Positions 42,801-56,674 are shown, numbered from the stretch's first letter. The stretch is DNA of 64,000 bases from the human T2T-CHM13v2.0 reference genome, Homo sapiens (GCF_009914755.1 NC_060933.1); one strand, 5' to 3'. Numbers and translations are program-made. The notes: generated from the sequence alone by a model not told the origin.

Positions 42801-43269
42801 GCCTGGTTAGACCCTTTGTCATTCCCCTTATTACTCGGATCTGTGTATCCTACTTCCTCGTGGTTTCACCAAGATTGTAGAGGGTAGTTCTATTATCACT
42901 TCAAATGTTACGTCGGTATCCTGGACTATAGTATATCACCTATGTCCTCTTTTTTTTTTTTAATAATAATGGCATCACCTGTTTGTGGCGGATGAAAGCT
43001 GTGGTCTTTGCTTTGTTGTTGTCGTGCCCGTTATTTTTTATCGCCTATGATTAGTCACTTTGCTTGCTGCATTGTTACCCACTCGTTTTTGTTCAAGCCT
43101 TCACTTTTTAACTACCTTGGAGGTTGATGGCTACCCCTTGGCTCTGTCTTCCTCTTTAGTGTCAGATTATTCTGCTAATGCAGAACTCTGAGGTTTCCCT
43201 ATGGAAGTAGTGTGAGCAGGGAATCCCAGCTGCCGGCTGCATGTTTGGGACCCTCTACAGCTTATCTGT

Positions 43270-43640
43270 AGCCTGTTTTCTTGTTTATGGCCCCAGCACT
43301 ACCCACACCCTTGTGCTTTAGTAAAACCAAGTTACCTTGCACCTCGTACCTGTGCTGCTTCATCTTCCTGCTTTCCTTATGCTGTTGCCAGGAATATCTT
43401 CTTTATCCAAACACTACACTTCAAGGCTATCCCAACTGCTTCCTCTTTTGTGAAGATTTATCTCCTCACCCTCAGCTAGAAGTAATCTCTCTCTACAGTG
43501 AAATTCTTAGTTATCTTTACCTTAATTTTAGGGCTTAGACCTTTCTTTCTTGTATTTGCTTATGTCTAATATCTGTTATAGGTCATTGAAGACGCATGTT
43601 TAGCTATAGCCTTTTGTTCAATAAATCTTGAAGGAATGAA
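43270..43640 (+). mobile_element. L2 3' fragment
   Basis: gctgttgccaggaatatcttc...cttcctcttttgtgaag...ttcaataaatcttgaaggaatgaa. Confidence 0.5.
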
Positions 43641-44814
43641 AGAGACTTGAAGTCATTTAAAGAAACTGAGTGCCCTTTTACTATTTACTCAACTATCCTG
43701 GGTGTCATTCCTCTTTTAATTGTGTTTATTCTTCCATTTCCAAATTAATAACAGCTAACATTTGAGAGTAATGCTTTACTTTTCACAAAGCAGTGTACAC
43801 TTTATCCTGTTTGACTTTTTCTTTTTTTTTTTTTTGGCAACAATTCAGTAAGGAAGGACAGTGTATGTAAATGATAAAATAAGGTAGAAATTGTGGTGCA
43901 GAGGCTGGTTGGTTAGGTAAGTGCTACTCTTCCCCAGTCACTGGTCCGTCCTAATGGGTAGACTCTTCTTAGCAGCCCAGTTTTATTGAGGAGGAAACTG
44001 AAACTCATGAATTGTCTGGTTGAGGTCACTCTGCTGGAGTCCCAGTCAGGATTGCAATCTGGGTGTATTTGACCCCAACTTCTTGGTATGTGCAAGCAGA
44101 AAGGATACTTTTGTGGGTGCCAAAATAGAATATTAAAAAGTTCATCTTCCCTGTTTTGAAAAAAGTTTGAAGGCTTCTTTCAAATGTTTTCTCTAGTTTT
44201 TGAGGATTAAAATAGACGATTTCTACAACCCTCTGCCACTTCTTTCTTTTATGGCTCATAAGAAGTCTCATTACTAAAATGTCATTAATTTTATTGATCC
44301 CTTAAGGATGTTACTCACTGTTGATGAGTCCTGAGGGTCTTTGGGATATTAGTCTCATTTTAACTCTTACTGGTGTAATTGGATGAATGTGATGCATTTG
44401 ATTTAATTGGTTTTAGTTTGGCAGAGGAGAAAGACACACTCCTTGGTGCTATGCTAAGTGTCTCTATCGCCTAAGATTCCCTGCAGAAATTAAATTATTA
44501 GCAGTCAGCAGTTCTCAAGATCTACTAGAGGTCAGATTCAGCCACTGATGGGAACTACTCCAGGGTGGCCACAGGTAGGTTTTTTGGATATGTATGTTGA
44601 ATTTTCACATTCTCAGAATAACTCTGCCCCATTCTGACACTATTTCACTGACTTGTCAACATGAGTTGTTTCTGTAAGTTTCTCTAGAATCTTTTTATAG
44701 AACTCCACTTATTTTGTAATGAGCACCTAATACAGTGAATATGTGGAAAATAAAGCACGCATTGAATTTAGTGGCAGTTATTTAAAAATGTCTTTTGAAA
44801 AAAATCTGCATACC

Positions 44815-45118
44815 TTATACATAATATACAAAATATATAACATATGTATCATAAATATGTACATATATAATATGAATATATGTGTTATATATAACATAAC
44901 AGTATGTTATATATGTTATCTATAACATGTTATATATTCATATGTATATAATAAAACATGTTATATATAACATATTCATATGTAATATGAATACATACTA
45001 CATATAATAGTACAATTAATATATAATATATTAATTATTAACATTATATCATATGATTATACTATTATAATATAATAATTACATTATTATGTATCTTATA
45101 TATATGATATTCATGTAT
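44815..45118. repeat. AT-rich (TA)n-like low-complexity tract
   Basis: About 300 bp of degenerate TATA/CATAT repeats. Confidence 0.9.
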
Positions 45119-45194
45119 CACTCTTTCATACCTTTTCAGCAATGAATGTTCTTTTGTTGTAAAAGAGTAACACCCCCTAATCTATTAGTTCTTT

Positions 45195-45341
45195 TCAATT
45201 TAGTGCACATGAGAAATACCTGGGGAATTTGCAAAAATGCAGAGGCTGGGTCCCACTCCTTTGCATCTGCAGTTTGCAGTAAGCACCTCAGAGAATTCTG
45301 ATGTATGGGATCCTCTGAGTACATGCTGAAATATGCAACTG
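45195..45341. mobile_element. MER5-type hAT-Charlie relic
   Basis: tgcacatgagaaatacctggggaatttgcaaaaatgcagaggctgggtcccactcc. Confidence 0.7.
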
Positions 45342-45851
45342 CATTCTTATGCTTCTTTGCCTGTGACTGATGTCTTCTTTTACCAGGATTCATCAGGAGA
45401 ACCCTGGCATTTACACAGAGTTGCCTAACTTGTTGCCTCCATAGGCACTTGGAACCCTCTCTCTTCTCACCGCCCCCACACAAACACACTTTATGTCTTG
45501 AATTCCCTCAGTAACAAGGGCAGCATGCATTGCTGGATACTCCCCTTGTTTTTCTATCTGGAACCCCCCAGTGTGAAACTACCATCGCCTGACTTATCAG
45601 CTAAAGGCGTGTATACTGAACAATATAATTTTAGTAATAAATAAATTGGTTAACAGTGATACACAATAAATAAACTTGCTAGAGTTAATTTTTTTTAGGT
45701 CACAGTAATTTGCTTATTACCTCTTCATTTAGATAACAAGGACATTTTATGTACTTAAAGAATGGCCATCAACTAAACACGCATGCATGAAAATTAGTCA
45801 TTAGTTTTGTTGGGACTGTGGATGTCAGTAAGCAATAGTCATATATATATA

Positions 45852-46148
45852 TTTTTTTTTTTTCATAAGAAAGGGTCTTGTTCTTTCACCCAGGCTGGAG
45901 AACAGTGGTGCAATCTTGGCTCACTGTAGCCTCCATCACCCAAGCTCAATCAGTCCTTCCACCTCAGCCTCCTGAGTAGCTGGGACTACAGGCATGTGCC
46001 ACCACACCCAGCTAATTTTTGTAGTTTTTGTAGAGTTGGGGTTTCACCATGTTGCCTAGGCTGGTCTTGAACTCCTGGACTCAAGTGATCCACCCGCCTT
46101 GGCCTCCCAAAGTGTTGGGATTACAGGCATGAGCCACCATCCTCAGCC
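45852..46148 (-). mobile_element. Alu (AluJ-like), full length with a perfect 15-bp TSD
   Basis: TSD agcaatagtcatata at 45831-45845 and 46149-46163. Confidence 0.95.
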
Positions 46149-47044
46149 AGCAATAGTCATATACATTTGGCAGTCTTATATGAGAAAAATATTTACTGTG
46201 GAGCTATATATAAAAACTATATCAACCTATTAAAGAATTGTAATTAATTGTCTAAAGGTAGCTGTCCAGTTGAAAAGATATCCTAAGCAATAATATGGTC
46301 AGTGCCCTGGCTGTGCCCTGCAGGGTAAAGAGAGGAGTGAGGACAGAAAAAGTGTCAGTGGTTCATCAGAGAAGTGAGCTCATTTGGGCTGTGACTATTG
46401 TGAGTCACTTGTTATCTGCAGAGTACAAATGCTATGAGAGGCCTTGGTGTTTAGGGTGCGGCCAGAGGGAGATGATTAGAATGTCATCAGGGATGTACTT
46501 CATGAAAGAGAAAGTGGCATTTGGTGCTGGATTCCAACAGGTGTGTAGCTCCACATGAGCTGTGGTCATGTTCCCCTTCAGAACAGAGTGGAAGCCGGAG
46601 TGCAGAGGGAGGAGTGTGTGTAGCATTCCAGTGACCAAGCCGACTCTCCTGTTTCTGCAGTGCAGGGATTATTAGTTTCAATTAGGGTTTGGATCATATT
46701 CTTAGGGCCTTGAAATGGACTTTGAGGAAGAATCTGTAATCCATAAGCTTAGTAATGCCCCCTCCCACCTTGTTGTGGGCCCTTGAGAAAACTTTTGTTG
46801 AAAAACCATACATTTGGGTCATAGGGAGACTGAAGTTTAGAGAGATGCTACAGTGTATACAATTGAAGCAATCATAGCAGTAGCAGTAGCAGCAGCCACT
46901 ATTCAAACCTTTTCTAATTTAGTCCTTACAGCTGTTATTTGGGGAAGGAGGAAACTGAGGCAAAGAGGTTACGTGTCTCCCCCTGGTGCACAGCCAAAGC
47001 AGCAGAGCCAAACTGCAACCCGTGTGTGGCCATTTCTACTCCTT

Positions 47045-47258
47045 CATTGGTTCTGACCCCTGGGATGATTTTGTCTCATAAAGGACATTTGACAATGTTT
47101 AGGGGCATTTTTTTGATTGCATGATGGGGGAGGTGCCAATGACATCAGTGGCCTCTGCCAAGGGTACTGCAAAACATCGTACAATACACAGGGCAGCCTC
47201 CACTACAAAGGATTATATGGCCCCAAAATATCAATCATGTAGAGATTAAGGAACTCTG
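47045..47258 (+). mobile_element. MER20 hAT-Charlie DNA transposon
   Basis: cattggttct...gattttgtc...ggacatttgacaatgt...gcaaaacatcgtacaatacacagggcagcctccac...ggccccaaaatatcaat...gattaaggaactctg. Confidence 0.85.
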
Positions 47259-48188
47259 CACTACTGCACTTTGTAACCATCTTTCATGCATTAAGTTTTC
47301 CTCTTTGGTGTAGAGCTAATTTAAGAAAAAGCTGTTTATCTTATTGCTGCTTTTTAGGTTGTACAAGCAAGTGTAGGGAGTTCATTTGTACTTCATCAGT
47401 GGTGAAATACAATTAATCTCAAAGGATTTTAATTCCGTAAGAAGTATGTATTGCATGTATCAGATAATACTATATTTAAATGACACAAAATAGACTATAG
47501 CATAAATTGAATCAGCTTTTCTATTGGACATTCTGGAATTTTTCTATGGGAACAATAGGTATAGGATGTTAACCTTCAAAAGCCTTTAGTAGAATCTGAC
47601 AGGTAATTACATCTTCAGGTTCTAAGCCCCTTGGTTTTTTAAATTCTGAAGGTGACATATTATGCCTAAGGGAAAGATAAATACCAGCATTACTTGCCTA
47701 TCTGAGATAGATTTTAGCTATCTACTACATGCACTGCTTGGTGAGGGGGCATAACCATCAGTGGTTGAAATAAAACAGCGTTAGGAAAGCAGTGGCTTGG
47801 ACCACATTCAGGGTCAACTTTCCTTTTGGAAAATAGTGATTCTGATGATGAACAGTATTCTTCCCCTGGGAATCTGGCTCTGCAAAATTACTTTCAGGCT
47901 GAATTTGACATACAATTTAAAAAAGAATGCTGTGTAATAATTAACTTTAAAAGGACAAATAAAAGCCATTCCAGTAAAGTTTAACTTGTTGGTAATTTGA
48001 TAAGTATTTACTTATGTATAGTTCTAATACACATGTAAGACAGTGTGTAAATCACAAATGGAGTAAGTATTTTAGTTAAGAACATGGAGGTTTGACAATG
48101 AAAGATACTGTGAGGGCAAAGATTTTGGTATGGCTGTTTTTAGAGTAAATGGTTTTTTTTGAATTGCATTTTTTCCAGGTCTTCCTGA

Positions 48189-48503
48189 TTTTTTATTTTT
48201 ATTTATTTATTTTTTTTTTGAGATGGAGTCTCACTTTGTCACCCAGGCTGAAGTTAGCGGTGTGATCTTGGCTCATGACAACCTCCACCTGCTGGGTTCA
48301 AGTGATTCTCCTGCCATAGCCTCCTGTGTAGCTGGAATTATAGGTGTGCACCACCAAGCCTGGCTAATTTTTGTACTTTTTGTAGAGATGGAGTTTCACC
48401 ATGTTGGCCAGGCTGGTCTTCTTGAACTCCTGATCTCAAGTGATCCGCCTGCCTCAGCCTCCCAAAGTGCTGGGATTACAGGTGTGAGCCATTGCGCCTG
48501 GCC
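48189..48503 (-). mobile_element. Alu (AluSx-like) with a 15-bp TSD
   Basis: TSD caggtcttcctgatt at 48176-48190 and 48504-48518. Confidence 0.95.
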
Positions 48504-48549
48504 CAGGTCTTCCTGATTGTAAAAAAATCACTGTAAAAATTAAAGTTGG

Positions 48550-49118
<569 letters not shown>

Positions 49119-49774
49119 CACTCTAATTTTCATTGAGAACTTTAATTGGATATGAACTGATCCTTCTTTTTCCAAAAAAATAAGATTTTATTACCAAGAT
49201 GAGGCAAAGTTGTTAATATTCAGGATTAAAAAATAATATTTCTTTTTTTTTTTTAAATTAGGTATACCAGATTTCTTTATTCTCAACCATGTGTGCACAT
49301 ACACTCAGATTTTTTTCTTTCGGTAGTGATTTGGCTTTTTGTTAATAACAATGACACAAGTTTTATGTATAATTTAAATATTACAACGGCTAACCTGGTT
49401 TTGGGGAAAATTTTCCAGAAATTTATTAAATACGAAGTTCCTTAACTACTGACTTAGAAGAATGAGTATTGTTTAACCAGGGAAAAAGTTGTCAACCACC
49501 ACCAGCTTTTCTTCCTACTGTTTTTTAGAATATAAAAGATAATATCTCAATTATTTTTTCCTCTCTCATCATTACTTACAAAAATCTCAATAATTTAGGC
49601 ATATCCTTGGCATGTTCGTAAAATTGTTCCATTAGGCATTCTATAATTATAATCATATTATTTTTAATCCCTACTCATCTCACCTGTAATTTTCAAATGT
49701 TTTGATTTTTATTCAATTTTTATATGCTGTTCATATATTTTTTAGCTACAGTAAAACATGATTTTTCATGTGTA

Positions 49775-49967
49775 TTTTTTTTTCTTTTTTTTTGAGATGG
49801 AGTCTTGCTCTGTTGCCCAGGCTGGAGTGCAGTGGCATGATCTCAGTTCACTGCAATCTCCCATCTCCCAAGTTCAAGAGATTCTCCTGCCTTGGCCTCC
49901 CAAGTAGCTGGGATTACAGGTGCGCGCCACCACGCCCGGCTAATTTTTTTTTTTTTTTGAGATGGAT
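49775..49967 (-). mobile_element. Alu right arm followed by the stub of a second Alu tail
   Basis: ...cccggctaatttttttttttttttgagatgga, then unique sequence. Confidence 0.85.
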
Positions 49968-51069
49968 ATTGTGCCTATATTTCTCCTTTCTAATTTCTCA
50001 TTGTAATATTTCATAACCAATGTCTTTTCTTAACAGAATCATCCAAAACTTCGTTTTTATTAGGAAGTATGATACTTCAAAATAGAGATTACAAAAAGAG
50101 CCATGAGTATGTTGCTTTAATGTATGTCTTTGTAGTTTGTGTTATGTGTTGTTATTGAACAGCATTAAGTTTTTGCGGGGAATTTTTCTTGATAGAAAAT
50201 AAAAGTCCTGATTTTTGTCAACAAGAAACTTATATTCCAGATTTAGGGCTTGAATTTTTTGAAGACATGAAAAGTAGATGAAAGAATAATAAACAGTAAG
50301 AGTTTTAAAATGTCATCTTCTTGTTTAGTAAAAGCTATTGAATTACATTGTCAGAAAAGTGTACTTATGTTTAATATTTCACATATTTTGCTTTGAATTT
50401 TTACAAACAATTTTTTGTAACTTATTTGGCTTTCAAATGGAAACTAGAATTATGTAGTGCCAGAAGGTAGCTTGAATATATGGAGTTTATTCAAATCCTA
50501 GAGAGAAGGGAAAAAATTCCATAAACAAACAATATAAAAAAAGATATCTTGTGATTTCAGGATATCCAGCTGTTTGTATGTTTCGTTTTTAAACTTTACT
50601 GCTTACTAAATGAGTGATTTTACATATGTTAGAAAGATACTACCCCATGCAGAACTGCATGTCTATTTTTAAAAATTATATATGCTAAAATCGTGGAGAT
50701 TTGTGGGCATGGGTATACGTGTATACAAACAGTATTACTTTACATAGATTTGATTTGCTAAAAAAAGAATGCATATATACATTTATAGGTAACAAAAACA
50801 TTATTGCCATTGAATATTTCATATTTTCACTTTTTAATATAGTGAAGTCTTAGTCACTTTTGATGGTCCAGTAAATTAGGTAATACTATTTTAAGATAAA
50901 GTGAAAATTTCCCATGAGAAATCACTCAGCCCATTTTCAGTTTTGCTTTTCCTGGTTTAGGTTGAACGCCATATCATTCTGATGAATGAGAATGAGCCTT
51001 CCCATGGCTATTCTGTTCTCTGGAAGCCAGTTTGTAGAAAGGTTCCTGTGAAAACAATATTTTGGGAGG

Positions 51070-51300
51070 TACATAGTGTAGTAGGTTAAGAGCACAGGCT
51101 TTTGAGTAATAGGGACCTGTTGGTAACTCCCATTTTTGCTTCCTAATAACTATGTGCCCTTAGCTAAGTAACTTATCTCCTCTGTGCTTTAGTTTCCTTA
51201 GCTAAGGTAATAAGACCTCCCTTACAGAGCTAGAGGAAGGGGAATGTAAAGATTTTAGCACAGTGCCTAGAACTTAGCATTGAGAAAATATTCATTAAAT
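51070..51300 (+). mobile_element. MIR SINE relic
   Basis: catagtgtagtaggttaagagcacaggcttt...aactatgtgcccttagctaagtaacttatctcctctgtgctttagtttcct. Confidence 0.85.
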
Positions 51301-52067
51301 GTGTTCTTTTATTGACTTGGTTTTAGTTACAGATTCTAGACCCATATCCCTGTAGTTACATATAATATTTTGGCCATTTTATTGTGTAGATTTTATGTAC
51401 ATTCTTGCCACTTTTATCAGAGAAATGACAAGAAAGGAAACAAGTAAGTTATTGTAGTCAATCAGAAAGACTAAAACAATTTATAGATGATAATTAAAAT
51501 TTTAATATTTATTTTTAACATAAGAACCTCCTGAAGTGCTAGGATTACAGGTGTGAGCCACCTCACCCAGCGAGTAATTAAAAATTTACTCTCCTTGTTC
51601 GTTTTTCTTGCAGAATTGTCATTCACATTTAAAGTTTGAAATTCTGAAGACAGAAAAAGCAAATTAAAATTTAAAAATAGCCAGTGGTGAAAGGTAAATA
51701 GTTCATTGGTGCATGGCAGAGCCTTCTGCTTGTTATATATAGTAGGGTACTTCTAAGGAAGGTGTTTCTCTTGCAGAGTTACTTGTTGCAGTTAGGTTTT
51801 GTTTTGGGCATAATGCCAAGTATTTATTCTTCCTATGTGTAATATAGTAGGGTATTTTTGTGTTTAAACAACAGTTTTTATTGTAATCTTACATCTTATT
51901 GGATATTAACCTCTTTGATAGCAAACAAGCCATTCTTACCTGTTGTGCACATGCTGCTCTAGCAGTCTGGGAGTCTTCACCACAACACTAGCTACATAAT
52001 AGAACATTGCTTCCTGAGGTCTGGGAACACTGTTTTTTTCTTCTCTCCTGTGGAATAAATGCTTTAT

Positions 52068-52375
<308 letters not shown>

Positions 52376-53382
52376 TAAATGTTTAAAATTAATCATTTTG
52401 TCAGTTACTTTCAATATTTTACAAATTGCTAACATATATCACATAAATGGGACAGAATAATTTAGTACTAATTAGATTTGCAAGGTATGCTCCAGATCAC
52501 CTGCACTGCCCTCCTCCAGCCAATGTTTGCATGTTTGTGTGAATGAATGTGTATATAATATTTAATATATAGATATATATTATAGGATGAACATAAAACA
52601 TATTTATATGTTATGTGCAATATGTATTTGTTAAATATATTTGTGTACATTTATTCCCATGGTATAAGCCCCATTTCCAGGGGATGGCTCATGATGACCC
52701 AAAGAGTGCAGCTCAGTTCTAAACTTTTTTAGGAGGATGAAAAGAAATAGTCTTTTGTTCTCCTCTACAGGAAGCTAATATTTTGCTCCTACTGTCCAAA
52801 CTCTGGAATAGTAGTATAACAGTGGCAAAGAATGGGAAAATGAAAACCGACCGTATGAAGCTGTTTTTGGAAGATACTCTAAATGGGAACAATCTTCTAA
52901 GCTCAGCTGGCTTTTTAGTCGGTGAAGCCATCTGTTTGGTTTTTCAGCCAGCACTCTTTTCATTCTCCCTGATTTTTATAGCTTCCCTTGGGAAACCACA
53001 AGATTCCAAATCACTCCAGCAATGCAGAGCCTTTTGAAGAGTTGTGTGTGGCTTAGTGGTTTGTCAGTCTTCTGTTGTGTAACTTCAAATAGTTTTTACT
53101 TCTGCTATGCAAATCATGGTTTTAGGAATATTTGGAAAGAGAAGAGTCTGAGGAGAGTAGAAAGATGGTAATTTTTTTCTTATATAAATATTTATTTTTC
53201 AGATACACTAATAAAATATTATTGTTCTTTCATAGAGGTTAACTTACTTATGTTTCATTTATGAGGAATGCATAGACCTGTTACTCAAAGCAACATTGTA
53301 TTATATTTGTTGTTCTGTCTGTAGTTTCTAACATTATTAGACAAAGTTCAGTGATGTTAAAGATTGTAAACATTCCTTAAAG

Positions 53383-53912
53383 CAGGGGTCCCCAATCCCT
53401 GAGCCACAGATCTCCTGCTGTGTGGCCCAGTTCCTAACAGGCCACAGACTGCTTGTGGTTAGGTTCCAGTGGCCTGTTAGGAACTGGGCTGCAGCATAGG
53501 AGGTGAGCTAGCAAGGGCAGCAGGTACAGCTGCTCCCCATCGCTGGCATTACTGCCTGAGCTCCACCTCCTGTCAGATCAGCGGTGGTATTAGATTCTCA
53601 TAGAGTGTGAACCCTGTTGTGAACTGCACATGGGAGGGATCTAGGTTGCATGCTCCTCATGAGAATCTAATGCCTGATGATCTGTCACTGTCTCCCATCC
53701 CCCCGTGAGGGCATGGCCTAGTTGCAGGAAAACAAGCTCAGGGCCGCCACTGATTCTACATTATGGTGAGTTGTGTAATTATTTCATCATATATTACAGT
53801 GTAATAATAATAGAAATAAAGTCCACAATAAATGTAACATGCTTAAATCATCCCCAAACCACCCCACACCAGATTTGTCAGTCCTTGGTGCCAGAAAGAA
53901 TGGGGACCACTG
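53383..53912 (+). mobile_element. MER1A hAT-Charlie DNA transposon with an internal inverted duplication
   Basis: TIRs caggggtcccca...tggggaccactg; perfect 8-bp TSD ccttaaag (53375-53382, 53913-53920). Confidence 0.93.
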
Positions 53913-54317
53913 CCTTAAAGCATGCTGGGATTATGATTGGATGTAGAGTTGGGTGTTGATGTTAAAGGTACTTATACTTTGTTACAGTGGTTATGGTTAC
54001 TTAGAGCTATCACATAGTTACTTTAGAATGGATATTTTAAAATTGAAGAATAGGCAGCAGTCTGTTTCTAATTAATGATAGGGTTCCTTGTTTTGAAAGT
54101 TAAACACTTTGGTAAGGATACATTTGAAGATTATCACGTGGGTGGTCAGCAAGTGATTCCGTCCCTCTCTTGGCATTTATATATGTTATTTATATTGAAT
54201 TACTCTTGGCAGAGGAAATAACTGAAAGTCCAAGTAAAAAACGTTGGCTTTATCCTGTGGGTAGAAACCACTTTTTATTTTTACTTTTACCCCATGTGCT
54301 TTAAACCCAATAACCAA

Positions 54318-54470
54318 TCTATCTACCTACCTACCTACCTACCTACCTACCTTCCTTCCTTCCTTCCTTCCTTCCTTCCTTCCTTCCTTCCTTCCTTCCT
54401 TCCTTCCTTCCCTCCTTCCCTCCTTCCCTCCTTCTCTCTCTTTCTTTCCTCCTTTTCTTTCTTTCTTCTT
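54318..54470. repeat. Compound STR (CTAC)n(CTTC)n(CT-rich), Alu-tail derived
   Basis: Direct reading. Confidence 0.93.
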
Positions 54471-54700
54471 TCAACAGGGTCCCACTCTGTCACCCAGGCT
54501 GGAGTGCAGTGGTGCAGTATTGGCTATTGCAACCTCTACTTCCCAGGCTCAAGTGATCCTCCTGCCTCAGCCTCCCTGGTGGCTGGGACTACAGGCATGT
54601 GCCATCATGACCAGCTAATTTTTGTATTTTTTGTAGAGAGGGAGTTTTGCCATGTTGCCCAGGCTGGTCTTGATTAGAGGTGTGAGCCACTGTGCCTAGC
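54470..54700 (-). mobile_element. AluJ-like with a left-arm deletion
   Basis: gctggtcttga|ttagaggtgtgagcc junction. Confidence 0.88.
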
Positions 54701-55393
54701 TGAGATAATCATTCCTGACTTTCATGTTATTAGAGGTTCAAAATGTGAACAATTATTGCCCGCTGTTGTCACTACCTTGGAGAACAAGATGAGTATAGCT
54801 TTTAAAATCTTTGCGGGAATTGTGTCAACTTTCATTTAATCCACCTCTATAAAAATAAGATCTATATGCTAAAGGATTAATAACAGTGCAAATTGCTACT
54901 TGAATATTAAAGATTTAAAATCATCCACAAGGCAGAGATATTCTTGAAAGTCATTACAGCTCTAAGATGTCATAATTTTATTGAAAGTGGGAAAAAAACG
55001 TAGCCACCATTTAAATATGTAAGTTGTCATTTTTGTTACATTTCACTAGCATTGTATTTGAACCGAATATTCATTTTTTACAGCACGTAAGTATCCATAT
55101 ATCATAAGACATGTAACTACCATATTCCTTTCCCAGAACTTTATTTCATTATCATTTTCATTTAATTTAGGATAATGTACACTTGATTCTAAAATATATG
55201 CTCTCTGATAAAGTCTAATATACAGCATCTATAAGAAACTTAAATTTACAAGAAAAAAAGTATCATTCTTTTTGGCTGCTCTACATTGGGTGAGCTTTGT
55301 GTAATATTTGTTCTTTACTTAATAATGCAACCTCAAAATATTCACCCTGTTTAGACTGACTCCCTCATGCTTGAGAGAGGAAGGCATCTCTTC

Positions 55394-55648
55394 CTTTTTT
55401 TTTTTTTGGAGAAAGTCTTGCCGTGTCATCCAGGTTGGAGTGCAGTGGCACAATCTCAGCTCACTGCAACCTCTGCCTCTTGGGTTCAAGCGATTCTCGT
55501 GCCTCAGCCTCCCAAGCCACCATGCCCAGCTAATTTTTGTATTTGTGGCAGAGATAGGGTTTCACCACATTGGCTGGGCTGGTCTCAAACTCCTGACCTC
55601 AAGTGATCTGCCGGCTTCAGCCTCCCAGAGTTCTGGGATTACAGGTGT
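55394..55648 (-). mobile_element. Alu (AluS-like) with an internal deletion and clipped 5' end
   Basis: cccaag|ccaccatgccc deletion; ends at gggattacaggtgt, fused to L1 sequence. Confidence 0.88.
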
Positions 55649-55793
55649 TGGGCTTTTTTTCATATGTTTATTCACTGCATGTATGTCTTTTGGAAAATGT
55701 CTGTTTACATTTGCCCACTTTTAATGGGGTTGTTTTTTTCTTGTAAATTTGTTTCTTATAGATGCTGTATATTAGACTTTATCAGAGAGCATA
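55649..55793 (-). mobile_element. L1 (L1PB/PA-like) ORF2 fragment
   Basis: tttttttcatatgttt...catttgcccactttttaatggggttgtttttttcttgtaaatttg...tagatgctgtatattagactttatcaga. Confidence 0.85.
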
Positions 55794-56636
55794 TATTTTA
55801 GAATCAAGTGTGCATTATCCTAAATTAAATGAAAACAAATTATCAGAACATATGATAGAATAATGAAGCATAACAACTAAAAAAAACCATATTACATTTC
55901 AGGGCCAATGATCTAATTTTGCTTTTCCTCTGACTGTTACCAGGAGGGCAGGGCATGCATGCAGCCATGTGAACTGAGAGTGAGAGGGAAATGGATGAGA
56001 TGCTTAATGTCAGATCTATGCCACTGCCCTCATGCTTGACCTTGTGGCAGCCAAGCCAGAGATGGCCATGCGCTCCGTACCACGGTCATTCTCAGCTGAA
56101 TCTACATCACATTCACCCGGAAGCCTGGGAGTAATCTGTACCTAGGAGTCTGCAGGGCATGACCAGCCTGCAGGTGTGAGCAAGTGTGTGTGTATGTTTG
56201 TGTGTCTGTGTCTCTCTCTCTCATGTGTGTGTATATGTGTCTGTGTTTGTATCCTGTGGTGCCTCACAGTGTCTTAGAAATATTTGAATTACATTAATTG
56301 CCAGTGTTTGAGTATCACAAGATTTCACATAACCATATGGATTTACATGTTGTCTTGAAAACTTCAGATGATTTGAAACTCTTTTAAAAAAGGCTCTTTT
56401 AAAAAGAGTTCCAATATAAATTGGTAGAGCAGTTATTGGTAGAGCGTATATTTTCATCTTTGTTAGAATGGGTTTGACCGCATTGTGTTTGGGTGAAGTA
56501 GTAGAGCAATAACTTTAAGATAAAACTGGTTTCTTGTAATTTATTAAACTTACCCATGTATTTGGCTCCCTTTTCCCTTTTATTTTATTATGTCTGTTTT
56601 AGCCTTATCTATTTCTTTCTCATGTTCTAGCCCTCA

Positions 56637-56638
<2 letters not shown>

Positions 56639-56674
<36 letters not shown>
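56639..56674. repeat. (GT)18 microsatellite
   Basis: Perfect run; an imperfect TG/TC tract also lies at ~56184-56250. Confidence 0.96.

Larger units (their letters stand above)
55155..55835. repeat. Near-perfect inverted repeat: arms 55155-55259 and 55733-55835, 473-bp spacer
   Basis: Manual reverse-complement alignment shows one substitution and one 2-nt indel. Confidence 0.95.

Noticed and set aside
44815-45118. AT-rich tract as a special element (MAR or fragile site)
   Set aside because: This is a common low-complexity class with no uninterrupted long (TA)n, so nothing specific can be supported.
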